Assembly (NCBI GenBank): GCA_002104905.1
Contig: MCFE01000765.1
Span: 1-38,288, forward strand
DNA length: 38,288 nucleotides
Direction of reading: 5' to 3'
Source: Basidiobolus meristosporus CBS 931.73
Taxonomy: Eukaryota > Fungi > Basidiobolomycota
Shown here: piece after piece, positions 1 through 11,956 of the stretch
Position numbering within the stretch: position 1 is the first letter of the stretch
Layout: the number at the start of each line of letters is the position of its first letter
Made by a program: the position numbers and the translations under genes
Notes under the pieces: generated by a model
Seen by the model: the letters and a program-made list of their open reading frames with translations, nothing else
Told to the model about the DNA's origin: nothing
The model's database searches: none

Positions 1-49
1 AGCTTTTTGGTCAGCTTTGCAGTATTTCATGTTCTGGGTATCTGAAATT
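1..49 (-). repeat. Copia LTR internal fragment (oldest layer of the LTR nest)
   Basis: Aligns to the reverse complement of the 849-1196 LTR (tttcatgttctgggtatctg vs ttttcatgttctgggtacctg) and is cut at 50 by another LTR end. Confidence 0.75.
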
Positions 50-203
50 TGCTGTAAGATTTTGGAGATATTGGAAGTGATTGGGAGAACAAATAGATTA
101 TGTGGCTTTCACTTGATTATTGATTTGATGTAAAAGTCATATTTATACTCTTACATATTCTTGGCAGTACAAGCACATATAATAGGTTTAGGAAGGTCCC
201 AAG
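50..203 (-). repeat. Copia LTR 3' half, truncated
   Basis: Starts tgctgtaagat (canonical tgttgtaagag end) and follows the LTR consensus to ggaaggtcccaag, where a new LTR start interrupts it. Confidence 0.85.
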
Positions 204-235
204 TGTTGTAAAAAGCTTGTGATTACATCTAAATA
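204..235 (+). repeat. First 32 bp of a copia LTR
   Basis: tgttgtaaaaagcttgtgattacatctaaata resembles the LTR start tgttgtaaaaattcgtatttccacctaaata; interrupted at 236. Confidence 0.7.
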
Positions 236-584
236 TGTTGTAAGAGTTTTGGATATACTGGAAGTGATTAGGAGAACAAGTACATTATGTGGCTTTCACT
301 GAATGATTTATTGCATGTAAAAGTAGTATTTATACTTTTACATGGTCTTGGCATAACAAACACATATAATAGGTTTAGGAAGGTCCTTAAAACATGTGTG
401 TAAGGCTTGGGACTGCTTGGACAGCTTATTCAATTTTAACGTTTTGGGTACCTGATATTTTGGTGAAAATATTCCAAGTAAATCTCATCAAGGAATTTGG
501 TCAGTATTCTCTAGGATTTGCGGGTAATGATCTAAGTGACTAAGTTAGGTGAATGTTTAGGTGGAATTACAAATTTTTACAACA
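236..584 (-). repeat. 3' LTR (349 bp) of an older minus-strand copia copy
   Basis: TGTTG...CAACA termini; followed on the element side by a PPT (585-597, reverse complement agctgagtgggag) and RNase H coding sequence. Confidence 0.92.
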
Positions 585-595
585 CTCCCACTCAG

Positions 596-848
596 CTAAA
601 TGCTCATAACAACTAGTCCTAACTTTGACCTAAGATATTCAAACTTGTCTCTAGCTAATGGTTTGGTAAATATGTCTGCAATTGTTTCATCTGAAGGACA
701 GTAAACTAAGCTACCAAGTTATTCTCTATAGCTTCACATATGAAATGATGTCCAATATCTATGTGCTTAGTTCTAGTATGAAAAGTTGGATCTTTACCTA
801 ATTGTATACATCCTTGATTATCTTGAAATAAAGTCATAGGAGTTTTTT
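596..848 (-). pseudogene. Copia RNase H C-terminal fragment of the older copy
   Basis: ORF 706-897 gives TLFQDNQGCIQLGKDPTFHTRTKHIDIGHHFICEAIENNLV, matching the pol end of the plus-strand copy; continues at 5529-5822. Confidence 0.92.
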
Positions 849-1196
849 TGTTGCAAAAATTCGTATTTCCACCTAAATATTCACCTAACTTAGTCACTTA
901 GAGCATCACCTTCAAATCCTAGAGAATACTGACCAAATTCCTTGTTGGGATTTACTTAGTATATTTCACCAAAATACCAGGTACCCAGAACATGAAAATT
1001 CTCAAAGTTGTCCAAACAGCCCCAAACTTTGCACACATGTTCTTGGGACCTTCCTTAACCTATTCTACGTGTTTGTAATGCCAAGACCAGGTAAAAGTAT
1101 AAATACCAGTTTTACATTCAATAAATCATTAAGTGAAAACCACATAATCTACTTGTTCTCCCAATCACTTCCAATATCTCCAAGACTCTTACAACA
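849..1196 (+). repeat. Copia 5' LTR (348 bp)
   Basis: TGTTGC...CAACA; about 10 substitutions and 1 indel relative to the 3' LTR at 5182-5528 (~97% identical by eye); TATA-like gtataaata near 1097. Confidence 0.96.
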
Positions 1197-1208
1197 GGTT
1201 ATGAGCCC
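1197..1208 (+). other. Primer-binding site GGTTATGAGCCC (tRNA-iMet anticodon stem-loop, half-tRNA priming type)
   Basis: Directly abuts the LTR; same motif class as the Ty5 and Drosophila copia PBS; repeated at 13326-13337 (minus) and 31999-32010. Confidence 0.88.
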
Positions 1209-4200
1209 CAAGCTGTCACTCTCTGCAATGTCTACTACTGCTATCACTGGAATTTTTCTCTCTGCTGAAAAGTTGGATGGATATAACTACCAAGTGTGGA
1301 AGGTGAAGATGAAGATGCTGCTACAAGAAAGAGGCCTTTGGGATATTGTCATGGGAGAAGAATGCCCTCCTAAAAATGTGGGAGAGGAAGCCTTAAAGTA
1401 CCAGAAGAAAGAACAAAGTGCCTTTAACTGCATTTGCCTTAATGTCAAGGACAAATTGCTAATTCAATGCTCAAGAGCAAAAACGGCAAAAAATGCCTGG
1501 AAAGCATTAGAAGACACCTACCAGTCATGTTCAGCTGCCAAGAAGATGTATCTGAGATGAAAATTCTTTACTACAAAGATGCTGCCAGGAGAAGAAATGA
1601 AAAATCTAATTAACAGAATTACCCTGCTGGTAGATGAGATGGAATCTGTGAGCATACCAACTACTGATGAGGATGTGATAGTTACCATCCTGAATAGCCT
1701 GACAGACAAGTTTCAGGGCCTTGTATCAGCCCTGGAGTCCAGAACTGAAGATTTGACCTTAAATTATGTATATAGAAGGCTCCTGGATGAAGAATTAAGA
1801 AAAACAAGTGCCAATAAGAAGGGAGAAGAAAATGCTTTAATAAGCAATGATAACCAACAAAGGAGATGCCCAAGACCCTAAAAAGGCAACAGCAACCTGT
1901 TTTGTAACTACTGCAAAAGGAAAGGACACACATCAGACCGGTGTCTCAAAAAGAAAGATTATCAGCAAAAGAAGCCTGAATACGGAAATGCTGCAACAAC
2001 TGAAGATAGACTATTCATATCTGCACTAAATATGACCACAAATAAGGATTCTCAGATGTGGTATATTGACTCTGGAGCATCTCAACACTTTACACACCAA
2101 AAAGAACTTTTTACCCAATATCAAGAAATTCCAATTAAGAAGGTTTTCATGGGTGACAATAAAACACTTGATGCAGTGGGAGAAGAAACTATCCAAGTAA
2201 ACCTTAGAAGCAGTGAAGGAAGCCATACACTGACCTTTAAAGAAGTACTCTATGTACCAGAAATAGCCAAGAACCTACTCTCTGTAAGCAAGGCCACAGC
2301 AGAAGGATTCAGTTTCAGTTTTGACAATTCTGGATGCAGGATCACTGATCAAAATGGTGCTCATATTGCTTTGGGCATCAGAGATCAGAATCTATACAAG
2401 TTGACTTATATTCCATCATATCTGGAAGTCAATATAAGTAACTTAAATGAAGAAACACCAATGCTTTGGCACAGGAGATTTGGACACATCAATTTTGATT
2501 ATTTGTGTAAAATGATCAAAGATCAGCTAATTTCTGGAGTGAAAATTGATCCCCCAGCTAATTTGGAGCACTGTGAAGCCTGCATATATGGGAAACAAGC
2601 CAGACAACCGTTCAAGAGCTCTGGGTTAATCAAAACTAAGAAAAAATTGGATCTAATTCACTCAGATCTGTGTGGACCTATGCAAAATTCATCCTTAGGT
2701 GGGATGAAGTATTTAATCACTTTTATTGATGATTATACAAGATACACATGGGTCTACTTCATGGAGAGAAAGGAAGAAGCTCTGTCTAAGCTCAGGGAGT
2801 TTAAAGCCATGGTGGAGAGAGAAACTGGTGAAAAAATCAAGAAAATACGCTCTGACAATGGTGGAGAATATACCTCAAAACTCTTCATCCACTTCTGCAA
2901 AATTCATGGGATAAAGCAAGAGACTACTGTACCATACTCCCCACAGCAAAATGGAGTAGCAGAACAAGCTAACAGATCAATAATTGATATGGCAAGATCT
3001 ATGATCTATGATCAAAAATTATCCTATGATTTTTGGGTGGAATCAGTTGCCACTGCTGTATATCTTAAAAATAGGAGTTATAACAGAATACTTTGTGATT
3101 CTACTCCATTTGAAGCATGGTATGGGTACAGACCAAATGCAGAACATCTAAGAATATTTGGGTGTACAGCATATGCCAAAAAACTGGCTGCAAATCAGTC
3201 AAAATTTGAGCCAAAAAGTGTAAAATGCATATTTTTGGGCTACTGCAATGAGAGTAAGGCATACAGACTCTACAATACCAAAGCAAAGAAGCTTATCAAG
3301 TCCAGGGATGTGTTGTTTGATGAAATTGAAAATTTTCACAAAAAATCACATCAGATGATGACAAAAATTTCATCTCAAGTCCACCAATTGTCAGGATTGA
3401 ATCAGAGCAAAACAATGAAAATTCTCTCACTCCAGAGGACTCTGCAACCGTGGTTCAGCCAGAATCAGTGCCCAGGAATATCCCAGAAGTGATCATTCCA
3501 GTATCAAATGCCTGGAGATCCAATTGTACAAGAAATAGCCCAAATTACTATATCAATGAGGGTACAAACTTAGCCTATGCCTATTTAGTCCATATTGATG
3601 AGCCCCAGACTGTAAAAGAGGCCCTAAATAGCCCTCAGACAAAGTTTTGGAGATCTGCAATGACTGAGGAATATCAGGCCCTGATGGAAAATCAAACTTG
3701 GGACTTAGTCAAATTACCAATCAACCAAAAATCAATGGATGCAGATGGGTCTTCAAGACAAAATACAAGGCTGATGGCACAATTGAAAGTTACAAAGCAA
3801 GACTTGTAGCCAAAGGATACTCTCAAACAAAAGGACTTGACTACACTGAGACCTTTGCACCGGCAGCCAAGTTTAATTCCATCAGATTAATATTAGCTAT
3901 TGCAGCCAAATATAAGTTTTTTATTCATCAAATGGATGTAAAAACTGCATTTTTGAATGAAGAACTTGATGAGGACGTGTAAATGGACCAGCCTGATGGG
4001 TTTGTTGACCAAGATAACCCCCATTTGGTCTGCAAGCTTAAAAAGTCACTATATGGTCTCAAACAATCACCAAGAGCCTGGAATTGCAAGATAGATTCTT
4101 ATTTGGAATCTTTGAGTTTCAAAAGAAGTAATGCTGACTATAGTATATACTATAAGCCAGATAGAGCAAATCCAGTTCTATTAGCTCTATATGTGGATGA

Positions 4201-5170
4201 TCTTATTATAGCCGCCAATAACCTAGAAACATTGGAAGAGACTAAATCCAGCCTATATAAGGAGTTCAAGATGTCCAATCTAGGAGAACTTAGTTACTAC
4301 TTAGGGATTAAGTTCTCCATAGACAGAAGTACCCAGACTATTACCCTAAGCCAATCCAAGTATATTCAAGATATACTAAAGAAGTACAAAATGGAAGACT
4401 GTAAACCAGCAACTACCCCAATGGAGACAAACATTAACTTGGTCAAAACTCAACTAAATCAAGAGAGCTTGGTGCCATCTGAAAGCCCTGACTTTCCTTA
4501 TCAATCTATGGTTGGCAGTCTGATGTATATCATGCTTGGAGCATGTCCAGATATCTAATATTCAGTGGGAGTTGTCAGCTAACATAATCAGAATTATGGA
4601 TCTGATCATATTGCAGCAGTTAAGCGGATTTTTAGATACCTAAATGGAACTACTGATATCTGCTTAAAATACACTTATAAGGATTCAGAACAGGATCTTG
4701 TGGGATACTCTGATGCTGATTGGGGACAAAATTTGGAAGACAGAAGATCCACCACAGGATACACCTTTCTTTTCTGTAAAGGAGCAATTTCATGGAATTC
4801 AAGAAAGCAACCAACAATAGCACTTTCTACTACAGAGGCAGAGTATATGGCAGCCTGTGAAGCTACAAAAGAAGCAATATGGCTAAGAAAACTCTTTACA
4901 GATTTAGGCCTATGTCAAAAAATGCCAATTACTTTATTTCAAGATAATCAAGGATGTATACAATTAAGTCAAAATCCAACTTTTCATGCTAGAACCAAGC
5001 ACATAGATATCAGACATCATTCCATATGTGAAGCTATAGAGAATAATCTAGTTAGCTTAGTTTACTGTCCTACAGATGAAATGATTGTAGACATATTTAC
5101 TAAACCATTAGCTAGAGACATGTTTGAATATTTTAGGTCAAAATTGGGACTAGTCAGTATGAACATTTAG
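1201..5170 (+). pseudogene. Copia gag-pol polyprotein, disrupted by 5 stops and 2 frameshifts
   Basis: Gag (YQVWKVKMKMLLQERGLW), zinc knuckle CNYCKRKGHTSDRC, protease WYIDSGAS, WHRRFGH...CEAC, integrase HSDLCGP / RSDNGGEY / NGVAE, RT YVDD, RNase H GYSDADW / TEAEY / DNQ. Stops at 1558, 1879, 3980, 4556 and 4580; 1-bp deletions near 3325 and 3735. Confidence 0.96.
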
Positions 5171-5181
5171 CTGAGTGGGAG
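5169..5181 (+). other. Polypurine tract
   Basis: agctgagtgggag lies immediately before the 3' LTR. Confidence 0.85.
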
Positions 5182-5528
5182 TGTTGTAAAATTTGTATTT
5201 CCACCTAAATATTCACCTAACTTAGTCACTTAGATCATCACCTTCAAATCCTAGAGAATACTGACCAGATTCCTTGTTGGGATTTACTTAGAATATTTCA
5301 CCAAAATACCAGGTACCCAGAACATGAAAATTCTCAAGGTTGTCCAAACAGCCCCAAACTTTGCACACATGTTCTTGGGACCTTCCTTAACCTATTCTAT
5401 GTGTTTGTAATGCCAAGACCAGGTAAAAGTATAAATACCACTATTACATTCAATAAATCATCAAGTGAAAACCACATAATCTACTTGTTCTCCCAATCAC
5501 TTCCAATATCTCCAAGACTCTTACAACA
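5182..5528 (+). repeat. Copia 3' LTR (347 bp)
   Basis: TGTTGT...CAACA, direct repeat of 849-1196. Confidence 0.96.
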
Positions 5529-5822
5529 CTTTTAACATATGCTTAAATCTGTACAAAGCTTTCTTTATCACATTGCTTCTTTTGTAGCTTCACAGGCTGC
5601 CATATACTCTGCCTCTGTGGTAGAAAGTGCTATGGTTGGTTGCTTTCTTGAATTCCATGAAATTGCTCCTTTACAGTAAAGAAAGTTGTATCCTGTGGTG
5701 GATCTTCTGTCTCCAAATTTTGTCCCCAATCAGCATCAGAGTATCCTACAAGATCCTGTTCTGAACCCTTATAAGTGTATCTTAAGCAGATATCAGCAGT
5801 TCCTTTTAAATATCTAATAATC
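5529..5822 (-). pseudogene. Continuation of the older copia RT/RNase H
   Basis: Reverse complement matches the [10 protein letters not shown]...[19 protein letters not shown] region; joins 596-848 once the nested element and TSD are removed; cut at 5823 by a CCTATG terminus. Confidence 0.92.
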
Positions 5823-5948
5823 CCTATGAAAAATAATCTGGTCCTGTGGGTGGACCCAATCCAGATCAGCTGTCAAGATCCCATTTGAAGACCATCATAA
5901 TACCAGCAGCTTGAAATTAGTGACCCTCTTGACAATCTGATGATGGGA

Positions 5949-8900
5949 TCACAATGGTGCTTTGCTAATTTTACTGCCAAATAAAGTTACAAAACTTGAC
6001 AGGGTTTGATTGGTGCTGTGGCAATAATTGCATGGCATTGTTGCAGTCTTGGTGCACTCTACAACTATTTTAAATGGATCCAACCAGCCAGGACATCCAA
6101 CTGCCTTATATGGCAAAAAACCTGATGCTATATCAACAGCTTCACAGCAAGACACCATTGGCATTGTTAGGGTAGTATGGTGGCCTACAGCTAGTTCTGT
6201 ATAATACTACCATACCAACTTACCAAATGGTATTTCCTTTTTCTACCTCCCTTTGTGCAATTCATATATTCCACTGTAGAATCACCCCTCTGTACTTGCT
6301 TACCCACCACTACCTTGGGTATTCCACACATAGTTCAAATAAAAAAAACTATGGCCTTCTGCTTACTAACCTCTACAATTGTGCACACCTGCCGCAAATG
6401 ATATGCTTCTATCACCTCCACTTCACAACTTTTTAGTGTGATACTTGCAAAGTTGCCATATACCTTGTACTGCTGGTAACATATACATTTTGCAAACATA
6501 TGCTTAGTTGTCACCACTTCTGCCATGAATACCTCCTGAATATCTGCAAAGAACTTCTTGGTATTTAGCCAATATACTCCTTCTCCCTGCTGGATTCTGG
6601 TCCCCCTTATAGGTGCGCTCTGGTTTGTGTTTATGTTAATTCTGTATTAAATGGTGTAGAAGTTAGCTTGTGACCATGAAAAATCCAGCATACCTTGGTA
6701 GAGTTTTTGTAATCAAAATTAGAAGCTTGTTGCACCCAACCCAACTTTGCTTTACTTAACTGATTACCCATGCATTGAGGCTGCTTAGCTTCTTAATACC
6801 ATAGGTATAGGTGTCACCATGTGCACATCTGTCCTCAGTATTTTCCAACTCCTCCTGGCTGTCCTCTATGTGCCAACACATCACATCCAAGACAGACTTG
6901 AAGGTAATATTCTTGAAGAGATTGGGATATGGTGCTACCTGCAACTTGGCTTGTCTTCCTATCTCCTTACATATCCACTCCATAGGAAACTCCCAAAAGG
7001 TGAAGCAAGGCCCAGTATTCTCCACACACCAAGCAAGATGGAGTAGAGAATGGATACAGTAGCAGCAGAGATCTATGCAGTCAGCTTTATGTTTGTAGTA
7101 TAGCTGCTCAAATCCCATTACAGACTCCTTGCACAACAGCTATAGAAGCCATATGTTGGCATTGGTGATCTGCTTCTGGATAAATATTCCTACAATATCC
7201 ACATATGACTCCCAATGCTTCCAATGTACTCTTGGTAGGAATGGCTTCAGGACACCACTTGAATAAATACTTATCCAGTTCATCCAATCTTTGCATTTGT
7301 ATTGTGGCATATACATATGGATATTGATTGGAGCCTGTGAGAAGTACTTAGGGTAGCAGTTACTCTGTAATATCTTGCCAATTCTTTCAAATTTCTCTGG
7401 TATCTCAAAGGGCTTATTTAGCTTGAAATGCCCCATGTACAACTTGGTCATCAGTACAGGGATATTGTTAAAAAGCAAATGCATTGCTCCCAGTGGAAAG
7501 CTTTTGCTCCAACAGATACCCTCTATCTTAAGAATCTCCAGTTTCCAATTGACTCCATATTCTGGCCAATGGCTTATAGCTTGCCAACTTTGCTGCAATT
7601 GCATGCTGACTTCCGTACATTCTCTTTGTGGGAAGATGATGTTCTTAGTGTTGGTGTTTGGGTAATAATAACTTGTATCAGTTATGGAGTAAATCCCCTG
7701 GATCTCACACATTTGACAGCAATACCATCCATTGTGCCCAGAAAAGCCTGCTATCTTGCTGATGGCTGGGGTGTCTCCAATGCAGATAATAATATGCACT
7801 TTGACATGAAGGCCATTTAGTGTTATCCTGCTGGAAAGCATATGAAATTCATCTAGCAATGGATACAGGTAGCTATCCAGGATGGACAGTGATTTAGGCC
7901 CAGATACCTATGAGACTACCATCAGATTATTGCTCTGATACTGTAAGATGTGTGGCAGATTCAGATCAATGAGAATCAGTGGCCAGCAGGATTTGCTGGT
8001 AGTGTACTGGTTTAATGAGAATTCATCAAGTGCTAAGGCAAAGGCATGATCATACATACCTTCAAAGTACCCCTTGCTTCTTAGCTGTTTGTAATATTTA
8101 CTATCAAGTATATTTGATATATTTGTGCTTGATTGATACTGAGTGCGGTACTGTATAGCTTTGCAATTTTTGTTGAACTGCATTGGCTGCTTTAGATGGG
8201 ATATTACTGGAATATATCTGGAGTGTGAGCAATGTTTTCCCTCAATGGTGGTAGATTCCTGACAATTTGCACTCATTGCAATGGTAGCATTTTTGGATGT
8301 GAATGCCATTCAACTGTTAACGCATGCTGGAATCAGGAAAGTCTCTGGGTCATACTTTGCCAGCCACATGATGGTTGTCCATTTGTACCATTTATATGGT
8401 AGGTTGCATCCTGTAATGATCTTGGCAAGAGGTAGTAATAGATCCTCAAAGCCCCCATTACTGATATTAGTGGGAATGTGCCTCTTCTCTAGCTGCAACA
8501 TTACATCAATCACCAGTAGATGGATTACTGGGCTCACTTGGCTCCATAGAGTATCCTTGGCATTTGTTTCAACAGGTGTTGTCTCATTGCATAATGGGAT
8601 TTGACCAGGCTCATGTGTGAGACTGTTTTTAGGGGCAATAGGCTCACAATCTAGCAGTGCACCTTCTTTGTCAGAGCTATCACTTTGCATGCCATATTCA
8701 GAAGGCTGAGGTGAGCCTAAAGATGTCACACACTCACCTAACTCAGTTTGCACAAGGTAACAACAATGACCAGGTGCCAACATAGAGGTATCAGCTGGCT
8801 GGCAAGATAATGTTGGTACAGTGGTGACTGATGAATGGTCAAATATAGCTTGTATGGCAAAATACTGGCTGCAATCCTTGTAATACTTCCTATGCTTCCT

Positions 8901-9016
8901 GTGTTCTTCATAACTGAGAGGCTTGCTACAATAGCCATATGATGATTTTTCTCATCTCTGGCAGCGTTAAACCAATGTAGTCTTGTGCATGGGGCAAACA
9001 GTTTTACCTTTAACAA
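5949..9016 (-). pseudogene. CACTA/EnSpm (Transposase_21/Tnp2-like) transposase, fragmented; limits approximate
   Basis: Motifs IPACVNS, AFALALDEFSL...CWPLILIDLNLP, CIGDTPAISKIAGFSGHNGWYCCQMCEIQG, AMHLLFNN and IHSLLHLA...GPCFTFWEFPME, characteristic of fungal CACTA transposases. Confidence 0.88.
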
Positions 9017-9212
9017 TAAAATGCTATTATATCACTTTTTGGTCAATACTCATGTGAATTTAGGACAGTCTCATACTTGAGAATTTGCACCTAAATGAAT
9101 ATAAGATTCAATGATGACTCACCACAGTAAGCATTATAAATAAAGTTGTGGCATCACATACAACTGAATATATAACACTATTTCCCCTTTGGTTTGACTC
9201 ACTTTTATATAT

Positions 9213-11956
9213 ATGCCACCAAAAAATAAAGTAAAGTTACCTGGTTCCCAACCAAACCCCACTGCTGATGGCAGCAGAAGAATGGTTGGACAACAGCTTG
9301 CTTTGACATTCAGTGCAACAAGCAGGGCAACCTCTAAAAAAGACCATGTTGACAGTGTGCCCACTGATGGTAATAATGTGGACTTCTCAGGCTCTCAGTG
9401 CAGTAGGCAAATAAGAACCTCTGCGGAGCCACAAGCTGACCATTATTCTCAGGCAGATAAGAATGTAGCAAATGCAGTACCTTCAGTTGAAGACCAGCAA
9501 GTGGCTGTCATATCATCACCACTACCTGTATTAGCAAGTATGTTGTCAGCTCATACCAAAGCATTAATAAAGTAATTAGGTGTAGTGGCTGCTTGGAGAT
9601 ATGCAATGGCCAAGCAAAATCAGGAAATAGTCTAGAAACAGGATAAGTGGAAAATATGTTTAGAGCAATCAATATCCCAGGTAGAGAAAGCAGTATCTAT
9701 AGTGCAAAGAAGGAACTCAAGTAGCTCAATGTCACAGCCAAGAATTGAGCCATTTCCCAATGCAGCAGCAGAGGAACACTGCACAGCCTTTGAAGCACAA
9801 CCATAGTACCCAAAGATAAAACCCACAGAAAAACCTATCACAGCATTGTGGTAAACATACCTCCCACAGACAAGTTTATTTGTATAGTCATTATGATATA
9901 CTTATCCATATTTTATCTTATCAGTATTATCCCATTCTTCTTGTGCCCATATTATCAGTATTATCCCCATATGATGTTTAACCTGATTAGTTATTAGCAT
10001 GAGTTATCCCAGATGTTATTCAGCTTTGTGATCAGTACATGTATCTACATAAGGCAAGTACCCGTGTCAGTACCCGTGACACATGACCTAGGTCTGTGTT
10101 ACCATCCCTACCATTTCAATACCATATATGGTATTTCTATGTTGCACAGGTTTCAGACTACTGATTCCTGATTGGTTGAATGTGCTGTGCCTTTTAGAAC
10201 CTTCCAAGACATTCTTGGTATATTTTTAGCTCATAGTGATGTCATCAAGAATTCCATCAATACCTAGAATCTTCTAGAACCTTGTCATTAGTAATCACTT
10301 GGCAATCAGAAAAAGTAATAAAGGGAAAGCAATCTCTCATCAATAAATCATCCCTTCTATCAGTAACAGTTCTACCTTATTGATTAGCAGTTGATTACTG
10401 CACCTGCCTTCAACAGTACATCTCAGACCTGCCATCAAGGAGCTTTTCAGGGTAGTGCACAAGACACACAGAGGCCTTTGGAGACACTTGGAGAACCTAG
10501 GAAGCTAGAGAAGCAGGAGCTTTTATCACAGTGACATATTGAGAAAGACACCAGCAGTTTAGACACAGAGGTTATTGCACCCATCAGACACCTCACACAC
10601 CTTGAGTTGTGTAGCTTCTCCTAGGAGTGCCTCTACACCACCACAGTGTGGGAGGGATACAATGTGGTACTTATACCAAAGCCTAAAAATCAAAAGATAT
10701 TGAAGATCCATGAGGCTGTTGAGTGCAATAATGAATAGTGGGCTAATATTTAAGAGGCTGTCAGAAGCCTAGCATGCCATCACCTTAAAGCCAGAATACC
10801 ACGGGACCATCAGGAACTGAAGGCCAGGCAGATTTCACTTGACTTGTTCCATGAGCATTATACCAGGTTCAAACAGCCAAGTGGATTTTGGGTCAGTGTT
10901 GGTATACTAAGAAAGTGTCCCAAGAATAGCAGAAACTATCCAAGGCAGAAGAACAAGGATGCCATGGCTGAAAACCAGCGGCTTCCTTAAGAGCCCATTA
11001 CAAGCAGGGCTGAAAGCTCCAGACAAGCATCAAAGAGACACCAGGTAGCTGGAAGAGTGCCAACTAGGGACAAGTAGGCAGACATGGATGCACCAGCACA
11101 ACATTTATCAAGGAAAAAGTGTAGTACCACTCAAGAAGCACTCAATCAAAGTTGTAGTGAAGGACCTGGTAGTGATAAAAGCCAGCAGCTTTTACAGGAG
11201 ACTGTTGCAACTACAGTTGAGAGCTCAAAACAAGCAGGAAAGAAACATCAGGTTGCCAGAAGAGTGCCAGCAAGGGACAAGCAGGCAAAACAAATGCAAC
11301 AGGGCAGAATTTATCAAGGAGAAAATGCAGTTCATTACAAGAAGCACTCAGACAAAGTAGCAGTGAAAGACTTGGCAGTCATAAAGGAAAAGGTAAAGGG
11401 AAAAATCTCTACCCAAGCCTGAGACAGGGAAGCCTGCATAAAAATTGCAGTTATCACCAATTAACACTGCAAGCCCAGGACAGACTGAATACCATCATAG
11501 CAACAAAGAATTACCAACAAGAAAACAGCTGTTTTCACAAGAGTTGGCAGCGCTGCCAGTCAAGCTACACTCCAGCAAGGTAGATGTGTTTGCAGAAAAA
11601 GGCAATTTGTCTACCACAGCCTCCACTTCTTCCATTGTTGACATAGTCAAGATCCCACTGACAGACAAGGCTACAGCATGAAGAGCTCAAAAGACTATTT
11701 GAATGCCTTGAGTGGAATTTTGGAACAATAATAGGCAAAACAAGAGGTTGCAGCACTTCTTCAAGAGTAGTGCTTAAGAAAACACACTAGAATATTGCAA
11801 GGATTTATTGCAAAGACTGACAGATGAGGTGCTAGACCTTGCAGTGCCAGCTGAAGACCAGAATGTGTGGGAACCAGTGAATGAACAGTGGCATAAAGCT
11901 GTTGGGTTCCTCCCAAAGTTGTGGAACCTAAGCATTACAGCAGATATACTGATTGA
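9213..11956 (+). pseudogene. Accessory gene of the CACTA-like element (unknown protein), interrupted by a solo LTR
   Basis: Starts MPPKNKVKLPGSQPNPT; homologous to 16018-17960, 18501-19220, 19706-19867 (minus) and 21450-22759 (minus); lies between the CCTATG termini. No family recognised. Confidence 0.6.
9847..10645 (+). repeat. Solo LTR (799 bp) of a second LTR-retrotransposon family
   Basis: TGTGGT...ACCACA termini; absent from the homologous site in copy C (16646-16660); 4-bp flanks GCAT/GTGT; homologous to 31174-31649. Confidence 0.85.

Larger units (their letters stand above)
849..5528 (+). mobile_element. Structurally complete Ty1/copia LTR retrotransposon (inactive)
   Basis: Two LTRs, PBS, PPT, gag-PR-IN-RT-RH domain order; 5-bp TSD TTTTT (844-848) / CTTTT (5529-5533) inside an older copia copy. 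Confidence 0.97.

Noticed and set aside
889-1200. Stop-free frame running through most of the copia LTR into gag (ORF calls from 1069 and 31730)
   Set aside because: Most of it lies upstream of the putative TATA box (~1097). The frame is shifted by indels between copies, and the G-poor strand lowers TAG/TGA frequency. I treat it as compositional rather than as an LTR-encoded protein.
10841-10852. GACTTGTTCCAT inside the CACTA accessory gene (also 16841-16852) matches the PHIS TIR core
   Set aside because: It lacks the terminal A, the ANT flank and the GTGCCA array, and it encodes the conserved DLFH peptide. Most likely chance.
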